Shown: positions 35,805-50,177 of the stretch, in pieces
Position numbering within the stretch: the stretch's first letter is position 1
Layout: every line of letters starts with the position of its first letter
The notes under the pieces: model-generated
Databases searched by the model: none
Seen by the model: the letters and a program-made list of their open reading frames with translations, nothing else
Told to the model about the DNA's origin: nothing
Position numbers and translations under genes: made by a program
IMG/VR virus record: IMGVR_UViG_3300029922_000049
Origin: an uncultured virus (IMG/VR IMGVR_UViG_3300029922_000049)
Taxonomy: Duplodnaviria > Heunggongvirae > Uroviricota > Caudoviricetes
DNA: 64,000 nt
Reading direction: 5' to 3' (one strand)

Positions 35805-37223
35805 ATGAAAACATTAAAAAATTATGATCATTTTTCTAAAGAATATAGAGCAAATGAAAGTGCAAAAATCAATGAAAATGTCTTTTCTGATATTTTTAAT
35901 AAAGTAATTTCTTTTTTCAAAAATCATTTTGGAAAACACGCTTGGATATATTATGCATTATATTTACAGAAAAAAGGAAAACTACCAAAAGGTATTGAAT
36001 TAATATGTCCTCCAACATATGCTAACATATCAGATATACCAACTGATAAAGAAATTGAAGATTCTCAAATTCAATCTGATGTTGAAACTGTTGATAATGA
36101 AACAGTTGAAGATGAAAAAGAAAATGAAATTCCTGGACTTAAAGATGATGAAAATCAAGAAGAAAATAAAGTTGATAATGAAATAGAAGAATTAGAAAAA
36201 GTTAAAGAAAGTTTAACAAAAATATATTTGAATGAAAGTTTACTTGATGATAATCAAGATTTTGTAAGTTTAGATCATCCAGATCCAAATGTAGTTAATG
36301 AAGATGTTGCTGAATTAAAAGAAGAAGTAAAAAGACTTTATAATATGAATGCTCTTAGAGCAGGTAGGCATCAAGAAGAAGGAGAAAAATCTAATGAATT
36401 TGGTAGAAAAAAAACTAATGCGATATTTATTTGGGGTGCACCTGGAATTGGAAAAACTGAAATTTTACATCAGGTAGCTAAAGAATTAGATATTGCCGTA
36501 ATAGAATGGCATTTATCACAAATTGAGCCTACTGACTTTAGAGGAATTCCTAAAATTGAAAATATTATTGGATCTGATGATTCAAAAGATGAAAGAACAG
36601 TTTGGAAATTACCATCAATTTTTCCTACCAGTAATGGTAAAAATGGAAAAGGTGGTATTATGTTTTTTGATGAAATGAATAGAGCACCACAAATGGTACT
36701 TGATGCATCATTATCATTAGCATTAAGTGGTAAACATGGTACTTATGAATTACCTCAATATTGGATAGTTATTGCTGCAGGTAATAGAGGATCAGATTTA
36801 AGTACAGGTGATTTAACTGATGATAAAATTTTATGGAATAGATTTCAGCATATTAATTTTTCTCCAAGACCTTCTGATTGGATTGGATATGCAAAAAATA
36901 TAAAATCAGTTAATCCTAAACTTATACAATTTATTACTGAAAATCCAGAATATTATCATAGATTAAATACTGTTAGTCAAGCTCCAAATTGGACATCTCC
37001 AAGAACTTGGGAGATGGCATCAGAAGAAGATTATTTTGAAAGAGGATTTGATTGGAAAAATAAATTACCATATAATGAAGTAAAAAATATATATGAAGAT
37101 TTTGTTGGATATGCAAGTGCTACCGCATTTGTTAACTGGTTGCAAAAAATAGATGAGAAAGAACGTGAAGAAGAAAGAAAGAAAGATGAAGAAAGAAGAA
37201 AAAAGAAGGGAACACCAGAATAA
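35805..37223 (+). CDS. MoxR-like AAA+ ATPase 1
   Basis: Walker A GAPGIGKT, Walker B FFDEMNRA, AAGN sensor, SPRTW. Confidence 0.9.
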   Translation: MKTLKNYDHFSKEYRANESAKINENVFSDIFNKVISFFKNHFGKHAWIYYALYLQKKGKLPKGIELICPPTYANISDIPTDKEIEDSQIQSDVETVDNETVEDEKENEIPGLKDDENQEENKVDNEIEELEKVKESLTKIYLNESLLDDNQDFVSLDHPDPNVVNEDVAELKEEVKRLYNMNALRAGRHQEEGEKSNEFGRKKTNAIFIWGAPGIGKTEILHQVAKELDIAVIEWHLSQIEPTDFRGIPKIENIIGSDDSKDERTVWKLPSIFPTSNGKNGKGGIMFFDEMNRAPQMVLDASLSLALSGKHGTYELPQYWIVIAAGNRGSDLSTGDLTDDKILWNRFQHINFSPRPSDWIGYAKNIKSVNPKLIQFITENPEYYHRLNTVSQAPNWTSPRTWEMASEEDYFERGFDWKNKLPYNEVKNIYEDFVGYASATAFVNWLQKIDEKEREEERKKDEERRKKKGTPE

Positions 37224-37269
37224 TTAAAAAACCTAAAATAATAAATTATAAAAAAATAAAAAAAATAAA

Positions 37270-38808
37270 ATGATAAAGAAATATGATAGTTATTCTGAAG
37301 AATATAAATTAAATGAAAATGTGTTAAAAAACGCATGGAATGTGGTATCTAATTTTTTCAATAAAAAATTTGGTAAAAATTCATGGTTATATTATGCTAA
37401 ATATTTAAAAGAAAAAGGTGAAATTCCAACATATGTAGATGAAGATGGTAAAACTAGAGATGTAGTTGAAGTGATTATTCCAAATAATTATTTTGATAGA
37501 ATGAAATCTGGTGTTAAAGTTCCTACAGCAGAAGATATAGAAAATGAAATACGTTCAAGATTTGATGAAAAAGGAGAAAAAATAAAAAAAGAAATGCCTG
37601 TAGATGAAGCATTTGTAACTTTAAAATATCCAAGTGGTGATGAAGAAGTAATGAGAAATATAAATGTTGATGAGCTTAAAGATAGAATCAAAAGAGTTTA
37701 TAATATGAATTTACATAGAGCAACTAAGCATGAACAAGATAATTATGAAAGAACCTCTGAATTTGCCAGAAAAAAAACACATGCATTGTTTATTTGGGGC
37801 GCTCCTGGTATTGGTAAAACTGAAATTTTACATCAGGTAGCTAAAGAATTAGATATTGTTGTTCAAGAATGGCATTTATCCCAAATTGAACCTACTGACT
37901 TTAGAGGAGTTCCTAAAATTGAAAATAATCAAACTGTTTCTAAATTACCAGCAATATTTCCTACAAGTGATGGTAATGGAAAAGGTGGTATTATGTTTTT
38001 TGATGAAATGAATAGAGCACCACAAATGGTATTAAGTGCATCATTAGCATTAGCATTAAGTGGTAAACATGGTGATTATGATTTACCTCCAAGATGGATT
38101 ATTATTGCAGCAGGTAATAGAAAAGATGATATAAATACAACTGATTTGACTGATGATCCAATTTTGTGGAATCGTTTTGCTCATGTTAATTATACTCCAA
38201 CTGTTGATGATTGGGTTAAATGGGCATTAACTAAAAAAGATATTAATCCATTTCTTATTTCATATTTACAATATCATCCTAATTACTTTCATAGATTAGA
38301 TCTAGAATCTGGTAGTCCAGTATGGGCATCTCCAAGATCTTGGGAAATGGCTTCACAAGATGAATATAATTATAGAGGTGAAGATTGGTCTAAAAAATTA
38401 ACATATCCTCAAATTCAAAAAATATACACTAAATATGTAGGATTAGAACCTACATTAGATTTTATTAATTATATGAAATTACAAGAGTTCTTTAGTGAAA
38501 AAGATATTCAAGATATATATGATGGTAATGCAGAATCTAAAAAAGTAAAATGGCCTACAAGACAAGACCAAATTAGAGCTTGTTCAATTGCTATTGCAAC
38601 TTTTAAACAAGGTAAACATTTGACTGCTGATGAAGTAAAAAATGTATATGATTTCGCTACTATGGGTAAAGAAAATGAGGCAATTGTAACAATAGGATCT
38701 TATTTCTTAAAAGCTCATCCATATATTAAAAAAGAATATTTACCTATATGGACAGAATTTGCTAAAAAATGGCATTCTGTATTCCAAAAAACTATGGTAG
38801 GAAAATAA
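37270..38808 (+). CDS. MoxR-like AAA+ ATPase 2
   Basis: Same motifs as ATPase 1, plus a C-terminal helical extension. Confidence 0.9.
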   Translation: MIKKYDSYSEEYKLNENVLKNAWNVVSNFFNKKFGKNSWLYYAKYLKEKGEIPTYVDEDGKTRDVVEVIIPNNYFDRMKSGVKVPTAEDIENEIRSRFDEKGEKIKKEMPVDEAFVTLKYPSGDEEVMRNINVDELKDRIKRVYNMNLHRATKHEQDNYERTSEFARKKTHALFIWGAPGIGKTEILHQVAKELDIVVQEWHLSQIEPTDFRGVPKIENNQTVSKLPAIFPTSDGNGKGGIMFFDEMNRAPQMVLSASLALALSGKHGDYDLPPRWIIIAAGNRKDDINTTDLTDDPILWNRFAHVNYTPTVDDWVKWALTKKDINPFLISYLQYHPNYFHRLDLESGSPVWASPRSWEMASQDEYNYRGEDWSKKLTYPQIQKIYTKYVGLEPTLDFINYMKLQEFFSEKDIQDIYDGNAESKKVKWPTRQDQIRACSIAIATFKQGKHLTADEVKNVYDFATMGKENEAIVTIGSYFLKAHPYIKKEYLPIWTEFAKKWHSVFQKTMVGK

Positions 38809-38819
38809 AAAAAATAAAA

Positions 38820-40316
38820 ATGATGATAAAAAAATTTAACATATTTAATTTATTAAGTACAAATGAAGATTTAAATGATCCAAATTTAAATAAATTAGCA
38901 AAAGGTAGAGTTAGAGCAGCATTAGCATCTACTATGTCGTATTATAATTTCTTTGCTGATTTATTTTTTCAATTGACTATCGCAGAAGCATCTCCAAATA
39001 GTGGAATTGACACTATGGCAACTGATGGTAAAAGTATTTTATATAGTCCTAAATTTGTAAATGAAGTATTAAGAAATACTGAGGAAGTAGCATTTGTGCT
39101 GATACATGAAGTTATGCATAACGCAAATCTTCACTTTTTAAGACAAGGAGATAGAGATCATTCATTGTGGAATCAAGCAACTGATTATGCTATTAATATT
39201 CAAATAGCTGATATGAGTAAAGAAAAGCCTGAAGGTGCAGCATCTGTTGTTAATATATTGAGTGTACCACAAAATATTTTATTAGATGAAAAATATAGAG
39301 GTATGAGTGCTGAACAAATTTATGTGATTCTTGAAACAGAAGAAAAAAATAATCCTAAAAAACCTAAAAAAGGAGGAGATGGAGGAGGTCCAGGAGGAGA
39401 TGGAGGAGGTCCAGGAGGAGGTCCAGGAGGAGATGAAGGAGGTCCAGGAGGAGATGGAGGAGGTCCAGGAGGAGATGGAGGAGGTTCAATACCAGGAACA
39501 AATGATTTAAGAGAGCCAGGTAGTTTAACTGATAAAAAAGGACCAACATTATTTGAAGGTAATGATGAATTAGCAAAAGTAGAAGATGTTACAGATTTAG
39601 CTAGAGAATGGGGTAAGATATTAAATGATGCTAAAAGTAAAAATCAAGGAACTGGTTCAGCAACATTGAATAGATGGTTTAATAAAATTGGTAAACCAAA
39701 AGTTAATTGGAAAGCGACATTAATTAAATTTATGAATAAATGCTTTGCTAGTAATCCTAAATATGGTTATTTTAATAAGAGATTTATAGGTCAAGATGAT
39801 CCAATGTATTTACCAGGATTAAAATTTCCTAAGGATAGTGGATTTAGAAAAATTGTATTATGTGTTGATACATCTGGCTCAATTGGAGATGATACACTTG
39901 GTAAATTTGCAGCAGAAATTTATGGTATTTTTGGTTCAAAAAAAATAGAAGAAGCTATAATTATATGGTGTGATGCTGATATAAAAGGAATAGAAAAAAT
40001 AGATCTTAAAACAAAGAGTGGAGATTCTATGAATGAAGGTAAATTTAAAGAAATTCTTGCTAAACATTTTAAAGCAATAGGTGGAGGAGGAACAAGTTTT
40101 ATTCCGCCGTTTCAATGGATTGAAAATAATATGATTAAAAAAGGAACAGTTCCTTCGTTTGTTATATATTTTACAGATTCTCATGGTGTTCCACCAAATA
40201 AATTTAAATATCAAATTCCTAAATATTATGATAAAATATTATGGGTAATTACTGAAGCGCAAGAAGCTCCAGATATACAATGGCCACCTGATAATAAATT
40301 GTTTATAGACAAATAA
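38820..40316 (+). CDS. HExxH metallopeptidase-like plus VWA domain protein (DUF2201-type)
   Basis: TMATDG, HEVMH, Gly-rich linker, VWA MIDAS DTSGS...GGGGT...YFTD. The ATG at 38820 is the likely start. Confidence 0.88.
   Translation: MMIKKFNIFNLLSTNEDLNDPNLNKLAKGRVRAALASTMSYYNFFADLFFQLTIAEASPNSGIDTMATDGKSILYSPKFVNEVLRNTEEVAFVLIHEVMHNANLHFLRQGDRDHSLWNQATDYAINIQIADMSKEKPEGAASVVNILSVPQNILLDEKYRGMSAEQIYVILETEEKNNPKKPKKGGDGGGPGGDGGGPGGGPGGDEGGPGGDGGGPGGDGGGSIPGTNDLREPGSLTDKKGPTLFEGNDELAKVEDVTDLAREWGKILNDAKSKNQGTGSATLNRWFNKIGKPKVNWKATLIKFMNKCFASNPKYGYFNKRFIGQDDPMYLPGLKFPKDSGFRKIVLCVDTSGSIGDDTLGKFAAEIYGIFGSKKIEEAIIIWCDADIKGIEKIDLKTKSGDSMNEGKFKEILAKHFKAIGGGGTSFIPPFQWIENNMIKKGTVPSFVIYFTDSHGVPPNKFKYQIPKYYDKILWVITEAQEAPDIQWPPDNKLFIDK
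39371..39486 (+). repeat. 21-bp GGDGGGP linker repeat
   Basis: ggaggagatggaggaggtcca units. Confidence 0.9.
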
Positions 40317-40320
40317 AAAT

Positions 40321-40347
40321 AAAAATCCTGAGAAATCAGGATTTTTT
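40321..40347 (+). terminator. Intrinsic terminator
   Basis: aaaaatcctga-gaaa-tcaggatttttt. Confidence 0.8.
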
Positions 40348-40399
40348 ATTTTTTAAAAAAATTATATATAGTTTATAATAAAAAAATCAAATATTAAAA

Positions 40400-40984
40400 A
40401 TGAAATATTTAAAATTATTTGAAAAATCAGTAAAAGAGCATCCTTTTATATCAGCAGCAAAAAGAGGAAATACAAATGCGGTAAAGCAAGCGATAAAAGA
40501 AAATGTTGAAATTAATATGAAAGATTCTGATGGTAGAACAGCATTAATGCACGCTATTAAATTTCCATTTGTTGTTGATGCATTAATAGAAGGAAATGCT
40601 GATGTTAATGCTACTGATAAGCACAAAATGACAGCATTAATGATGGCGTCTACATTATTAGTTATTAATAAATTATTAAATGCAAAAGCAGATGTTAATA
40701 TTAGAGATATTAATGATAATTCAGCATTAGTATATTATGTACAATATATTTATGATTCAGGAACATTTATTATAATATTAAATAAATTTTTAAGTCATGG
40801 ATTTAATCTTGATAAAAAAAATAATTACGATGAAAATTTTTATGATTATATTATGAAATATAAAAAAATTAATGATCATAAAAATGAGTTTATTGATAAT
40901 ATTGAAAAATATATAACAGATAGATTTCCGCAATATAAAGAAGAATGGGAAATGAAAAGAGATGCAAATATTTTTAATTTATAA
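40400..40984 (+). CDS. Ankyrin-repeat protein
   Basis: DGRTALMHA...LIEGNADVN...TALMMA...LLNAKADVN. Confidence 0.9.
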   Translation: MKYLKLFEKSVKEHPFISAAKRGNTNAVKQAIKENVEINMKDSDGRTALMHAIKFPFVVDALIEGNADVNATDKHKMTALMMASTLLVINKLLNAKADVNIRDINDNSALVYYVQYIYDSGTFIIILNKFLSHGFNLDKKNNYDENFYDYIMKYKKINDHKNEFIDNIEKYITDRFPQYKEEWEMKRDANIFNL

Positions 40985-41282
40985 ATATAATATTTATATA
41001 ATATTTATATAATATTTATTCATTTTTTATTATCATATTGGTATTAGAAATAGGTAATCTGGCCACTGAAAACGTAACATTTTTTCCATTGCTATAATTA
41101 GATATTTCTTTTTTTTGCATTATTTCATAATAACCTAATCTAACCTTCATATAAAATAGTAGTTTTATCTGATGAATTAAAAACAAACTGTTTGCATATT
41201 TTTTTATTTATTATATAAATAATAATTATAAAAGTTTGCGTTATTTTATTTTTATATATATTATAAATTATATTTATATTAA

Positions 41283-42787
41283 ATGAAGTATATTAAACAT
41301 TTTGAAAATACTATTGAAGATTCAATAAAAAAATGTAATGAAAAGATGGCTAAAAAAGCATTGGACTATAAAAAATATTATGATAAATATGTAATATTTA
41401 AATATAAAGAAGATTATTATCTTGCTAAATTTATTAGTGTTAATTCATATTATAGTGTTAATCTTGAAATTTATATGTGGAATCCAGATGATTTAAGTTT
41501 TGAATGTAAATTAACTGATATATTATATATTTATGAAATTTATGTTAAATCATCATATGATAATATTAAAGATGCAAAAAAAGAATATCTTTTAATATTA
41601 GATACAAATAAATTTAATTTATGATAACTATATTTGAAAATTATAATAATCCAGATTTGAGGAGAATAGATGATAATGTAATATGCATAAAAAATTATCA
41701 TAAAAAATCAACTAATGAAGTTATAAATTTTAAAAAAGGGGTATATTATAAGGTTTCTGGATATTATGGTGATACAGAAGCAGCAATAAATAAATATGTC
41801 TTAAATTATTTGCCGATTGAATGTATTCATAAAGTTCTTATGTTCGATGATAATGAAAATCTACAAGAGTTTAATGTTAATTATAATAGATTTCCAATTT
41901 TTCTTGAATATTTTAATGTTCCAGAATTTACTAATGACACTAAAAATTTTAATTTATAATAAATGAAAAAAATATTTGAATTTAAAGTATTTGATATACT
42001 ACAAGATAAAGAAAATGTTAAGTTTTTAGATAAGGTAAAAAAAGAGAATTCAGAGTTATATACTAAATTTTTAAATTTAATTGGTAACAAAGGACTTAAT
42101 ATTGCTAAACAAAAATATGAAGAATTTGATCCTGAATATAGAAAAAAATTAGATATTATAGAGAAAGAACGAATAAATCATATTAAAAAAATAGGACGTG
42201 AAAAATTTAAAGAAGAAGAAAATGATAGAATATTAAAAGAATATGATTCAGAAATAACTGATATTCAAAATAAAATGTATTCATCAGAATTATATAATAT
42301 TATGTTATATATTAGTAAAGATAAAAATATATCAAAATATTTTAATAGTGCAAAAATAAAATCACGTTATGTAGATGTTTTTGATAAACTCATTAGAAAA
42401 ACTAATAATTTTACAAAAGATACTTATGGTTATTTTGAAATAGATAATATCAATTTTAATTCAGCACATATTAAAAATGTATATACTGGTAAAATACCTA
42501 ATTTTATATCTATTCATCAATTTTATAATTTAAGAACAAAATTATTCAAATATAGTATAATATTTAATGAATATTTATTTGACTCTAATATTTTTTTACA
42601 AAATATTGATAAAAATAAAAATAAAAAATTTATTGCAGATAGAGAATATAAAATTGAAGAATTGAAAAAATTCTTTATATTTAAAAATGAATTATATAAA
42701 ACAATAGATGATTTTTCTAATTTATTATCAGATGAATACTATAATGAATGGAGTATTATTAATGATACCAGTAAATTCAACATATAA
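41283..42787 (+). other. Three KFN[LI]-tagged hypothetical CDSs (41283-41624, 41621-41959, 41963-42787)
   Basis: MK/MI...FE starts. Ends DTNKFNL, DTKNFNL and DTSKFNI. Confidence 0.75.
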
Positions 42788-42911
42788 TGAGTTTTAAGAG
42801 TTGTATTTATATAATGAATAGTTTCATCATCTATTATAATTAATATCAATAGATATTATTAAAATAGCATTTAATCATAATAAAAATTAAAGATATAACA
42901 AAATAAAAAAT

Positions 42912-44066
42912 ATGATAGTAAGTTTTAAAAAATTTAAATTATTTGAGAGTGCAGATAGCTCAAAATATGAATTAGTAAATGAATTTTTAGATAATGATTA
43001 TATATCAAATTATTATGATGAACACTATTTGACTAATTATAATGAGAGTGATATTATTGATATAATAACAAATGATCCAAATATAATATCTGGAGTTTTT
43101 GATAGTGATAAATATGTTGAAGATACTATAAAAAATGAAATTAATAATTCATCAATGGATGATTTTGATGATCAAGAATTTAAAGATTATATAGAAAATC
43201 ATTTAACTATAGAAATGGAGAATAAAATAATTGAATATTATTGTGAAAATAATGATAGTGAAAAAATTATAAAAACTGAATATGATGGAATAGTTTCTAT
43301 TATAGAAAATGATGATATACGAAAAATTGTAATAACTGAAGGTGATTCTACTGAGGAATATGAAATACCTAATAATTTTTTTATTTTGGTTGAAGATGGA
43401 GATGAAATTAGTTATGATACTATTATTGCAAAAAGTAATGATGTGGAATATGATTCTGATATGATAGATGATTTAGATTCAGATCAATTAAAATATGTAA
43501 TACAAGAATATACTGATGAAGTAGATTTTTTTGATGAAATGATCAGAGATAGATATGAAGGTAGATATTTTACCGAACTATTAGTAGAAATATATTGTGT
43601 AGATAATTTATCAGAACTTATTAAAGATATGACTCCTAAAAAATTTTATCAAAATTTTAGTTCATATATAGATGATGATAAACTTGTAAAAAATTATAAA
43701 AAATTTGAAAATGATGATACTAAATCTGATTGGATAAAATATCAAATTGCAAATAGCATAGAAATACAACATTATTTAATGGATAATTTTAATGATTCAG
43801 ATAATCTTACATTGTTACTTTTTGAAATATTTGAAGATAAAGATGAGCATAATGATGATATTTCAGATGAATATGAATTTCAAAAAAGATATATAAAAGA
43901 ATATGTAAAAGAAAACGGTTATGATGATAGTACAGAAGAAGAAAAAGGTGATTTGATAGCTGATGCGTTAAAAAAACTAAATTCTAATTTCATATTAGAT
44001 TCAGAAATTAAAAAAGAATTTAAACAATATATGTTTATCGTAGATACAAATAAATTTAATATGTAA
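42912..44066 (+). CDS. Very acidic protein with an internal RNAP beta'-like barrel-sandwich segment
   Basis: D/E-rich. Contains YDGIVSI...RKIVIT...EEYEIP...LVEDGDEI. Ends DTNKFNM. Confidence 0.6.
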   Translation: MIVSFKKFKLFESADSSKYELVNEFLDNDYISNYYDEHYLTNYNESDIIDIITNDPNIISGVFDSDKYVEDTIKNEINNSSMDDFDDQEFKDYIENHLTIEMENKIIEYYCENNDSEKIIKTEYDGIVSIIENDDIRKIVITEGDSTEEYEIPNNFFILVEDGDEISYDTIIAKSNDVEYDSDMIDDLDSDQLKYVIQEYTDEVDFFDEMIRDRYEGRYFTELLVEIYCVDNLSELIKDMTPKKFYQNFSSYIDDDKLVKNYKKFENDDTKSDWIKYQIANSIEIQHYLMDNFNDSDNLTLLLFEIFEDKDEHNDDISDEYEFQKRYIKEYVKENGYDDSTEEEKGDLIADALKKLNSNFILDSEIKKEFKQYMFIVDTNKFNM

Positions 44067-44070
44067 TAAT

Positions 44071-44658
44071 ATGATAACAATTTTTAAAATATTTGAAAAT
44101 ATAGAGTACAATGAGCATTATGATAAAAATGGTAATTTGATAACTATAACTAGTAACGGTGATATTATTAGAATTAATAAGCCTAATGTTAATAATTATA
44201 GTGATGATTTTTGGAATTTTATACGTGTAGTTGATTGGAATAAAATAATTAAAACTAAGGATGAATTTGAAAATAAAGATAAAGAAGAAGAATTAAAATT
44301 GAAAATAAGAGTATTCAAAAATTTTGAATATAATACTCTTATGAATTTTAAAAATGAATATGATAAGTTAATAGAAGAACTTTATTTATATTTTAAACCT
44401 ACTTGGCTAGATAATAAATATTCAGCCTTTATGCCATCAGATGATGGTTATTTAGATTTAATTAGCTCTATTATAGGGAAAGGGGAATTTTTTATTAATA
44501 GATGTATAAATTATCACAAACTATTTATAGATATGGCTAAAAATAATAAATATGTAGAAAATTTTGGATATATATTTCAAACGAGTTGGAAAGAATATGA
44601 TGAAATTAATACTAAATATTATCCTTTATATAGAGATTCTAAAAAATTTAATATGTAA
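44071..44658 (+). CDS. Hypothetical KFNM-tagged protein (DUF4240-like motifs)
   Basis: DDFWNFI...DW, SDDGYLDLISSIIGKG. Ends DSKKFNM. Confidence 0.6.
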   Translation: MITIFKIFENIEYNEHYDKNGNLITITSNGDIIRINKPNVNNYSDDFWNFIRVVDWNKIIKTKDEFENKDKEEELKLKIRVFKNFEYNTLMNFKNEYDKLIEELYLYFKPTWLDNKYSAFMPSDDGYLDLISSIIGKGEFFINRCINYHKLFIDMAKNNKYVENFGYIFQTSWKEYDEINTKYYPLYRDSKKFNM

Positions 44659-44686
44659 AAAGAGTAGATTTAAAATCTACTCTTTT
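44657..44686. terminator. Bidirectional intrinsic terminator
   Basis: aaaagagtagatt-taa-aatctactctttt lies between convergent genes. Confidence 0.85.
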
Positions 44687-44690
44687 ATTT

Positions 44691-47504
<2,814 letters not shown>

Positions 47505-48027
47505 ATTTTTTTATTTTTTATGAAATAATTATATTGTAATAATTGTTTTATCTGCTGTAATTATACTATTATCTGCGGTAAAAAATGATGTATCAACTGT
47601 AAAATACTTCCAATTATTTTTTATAACTATTACATTTGAAATTTTCCAATCTATATTATTCACCATTAATATTCTTATTGCTGATCCATCAATATAACTA
47701 AATTTTAAACTATTTAAAAAATAATTTAAAAATGATATTATTAAATTTCCATTGTTATTATTATTAGATAAATATTCTAATAAATTTGTACTCTTACCGT
47801 AACCATATATAACACTTGGAATTTTAGTAAAATCAATATAATTATATTTAATAAAAGATATATTATTATCATCTAAAAATGTGATAATATTAGTGTACGT
47901 ACCAATTTTTATTTTGAAATATACCCAGTTATTATTTATCCATAATTTTGATTGTTTTTCGCTATTCATATTTTGTTAATTATTTTATATTATATATAAA
48001 TTTTATAATTAAAATAAATTTTATCAA

Positions 48028-48291
48028 TTATAAAATTTCTTTTAATTCATATGAGCCATTCTCCATTATTAAAAAATTATTATCTTCTGATAACATATAA
48101 ATTTCATTATTATAAATTTCATTTAATTCATATGAGCCATTCTCCATTATTAAAAAATTATTATCTTCTGATAACATATAAATTTCATTATTATCAATTT
48201 CTAATGCTATTTTTCCAGTAGTCTTTAAAAAATTAATGTAATATTTGGTGGTATTAGGTTTAGAAATTAAAATTAAATTATTTTTACTCAT
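48028..48291 (-). CDS. Hypothetical protein with an internal 27-aa duplication
   Basis: NNEIYMLSEDNNFLIMENGSYEL x2. Confidence 0.55.
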   Translation of the reverse strand: MSKNNLILISKPNTTKYYINFLKTTGKIALEIDNNEIYMLSEDNNFLIMENGSYELNEIYNNEIYMLSEDNNFLIMENGSYELKEIL

Positions 48292-49095
48292 TGATATTTT
48301 TTATATTTTAATTATATATAATTTTTTATTATTATAAATATGAGTTAATTTTTAATTTGAATGCATAACTTATAATATATAATGTATAAAAATATTTTTA
48401 AATAATGAAATGTAAGATTATAAATTCTAATAAAACTACATTAGAAGAAAAAATAAATGAATGGTTGTCTACTAGTAATATTGAAATATTCAATGTCACT
48501 CAAACTCAAGATGATGATTATATAACTATTGCTATATTCTATTATGATCAATCAGAATTAAGAAAATTAAAACTTAAAAAATTAAATGAATATTAAATGG
48601 AAATAAAAATTCAACTTGAAAAAAAATTAATAATGGATGATGTTATAGGCACAGTTGTATCAGAAGAAAATTTAACTGAAATCATAGGAGAAATAATATC
48701 ATATGATATAATAACTGGAATAGCAATATGTGAATTATATAAAAATATAGAATAATTTCAATTCTATATTTTTTTGTTAATTAAATATATATTAATCTTT
48801 TTCAAGTTCAGAATCAAATTCAGTAGAATAATCTTTATCTTCAATATTATCTTCGATATTCTCTTCATTATTTTCTTTTATGACATCTACTCCAGTGTCT
48901 GTTCTTTTAGTTTTAGTTGCTTGCTGTGAATTATAGTTACCAGTAAAATCAGTAAAACTTAATAGGTTTTCTAGTTTTGTTTTCATTATAGTTAAGTTGT
49001 TTTTTATTATATTATATATAAAAAAATATAACTCATTTTTAAAATAAATCTTAGCTTAAAAATTTATATATAATATATAAAATTTTAATTAAAAT

Positions 49096-49713
49096 ATGAA
49101 ACATCTAAAATTATTTGAAACATTTACTAATAAAGTAACAATAGGAATCGATATTGATGGTACTATATGTGATTTTGTTAATTCTTATAATACACTATAT
49201 AAAAGATATTTTCCTGATAAAGAAATAACTAGTGATCAAAATTGGCATTGGTATGAAACTATGGATTATAACGGTGAATCATCTAAAACTTGGTTCAATA
49301 ATAAAAAAGCTGAAGTGTTTGATATAGCTCAACCATATAAAGGAGCAGTTGATACAGTTAATAATATATATGACTTTGTGAAAACTTATGGATATACATT
49401 AAACATTATAACTAAACAACCAACTGAAGAATCTAAAAATGCTGCTAAAAAATGGTTAGATCATTATGGTTTCAAATATGATGATATAATATTTGTTAAT
49501 TCATCAAGTGATAAATGGAAATTTGTTGATATATTAGTAGAAGACTCTCAAAAAGTTATTGGGAGTAAACCATTAAGTAAAGTGTCAATTAAAATTGAAC
49601 ATCCTCATAATACAGAAATTGAAGGAGATTTTAATATATTTGAAATTAATAACTTAACAATAGATATTATAAAACAAGCAATTTCAAAATTAAAAAATAA
49701 AACTGCGGTATGA
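49096..49713 (+). CDS. HAD-family 5'(3')-deoxyribonucleotidase
   Basis: IGIDIDGTICDF, K.WL, DILVED. Confidence 0.85.
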   Translation: MKHLKLFETFTNKVTIGIDIDGTICDFVNSYNTLYKRYFPDKEITSDQNWHWYETMDYNGESSKTWFNNKKAEVFDIAQPYKGAVDTVNNIYDFVKTYGYTLNIITKQPTEESKNAAKKWLDHYGFKYDDIIFVNSSSDKWKFVDILVEDSQKVIGSKPLSKVSIKIEHPHNTEIEGDFNIFEINNLTIDIIKQAISKLKNKTAV

Positions 49714-50177
49714 AATTTATAAAAACATTTGAAGATAGATATTCTGATATCTTTTTCAATAGTGATATTAGTATATTTGAAGCTTGTAGAAGGGGAGATT
49801 TAGAAGTTGTTAAAGAATATATAGAAGTTGAAAAAATTGATATAAATATTATAGAAAATAATAATTATACACCATTAATATTAGCAGCAGATAATAATAG
49901 AATAGACGTGGTTGAGTATTTAATAGAAAAAGGCGCTGATATAAACTATCAAGATATATATGATAGAACCGCATTACAGTATGCTACATTAAGAGAAAAT
50001 ATTAATATAGTAAAAGTATTAATAGAATCTAATGCGAATTGGAATCTAAAAGACAATCTTGGTAATGATTTTTTGACATATTTACAACTTAATGATAAAA
50101 AGAAAATAATAGATGAATATCCAAAACAATATCAAAAATATCTAATGATAAAAAAAGCTGAAAAATTTAATATATGA
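49710..50177 (+). CDS. Ankyrin-repeat protein
   Basis: ACRRGDLEVVK, YTPLILAA, YLIEKGADIN, RTALQYA. Confidence 0.92.
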   Translation: MKFIKTFEDRYSDIFFNSDISIFEACRRGDLEVVKEYIEVEKIDINIIENNNYTPLILAADNNRIDVVEYLIEKGADINYQDIYDRTALQYATLRENINIVKVLIESNANWNLKDNLGNDFLTYLQLNDKKKIIDEYPKQYQKYLMIKKAEKFNI

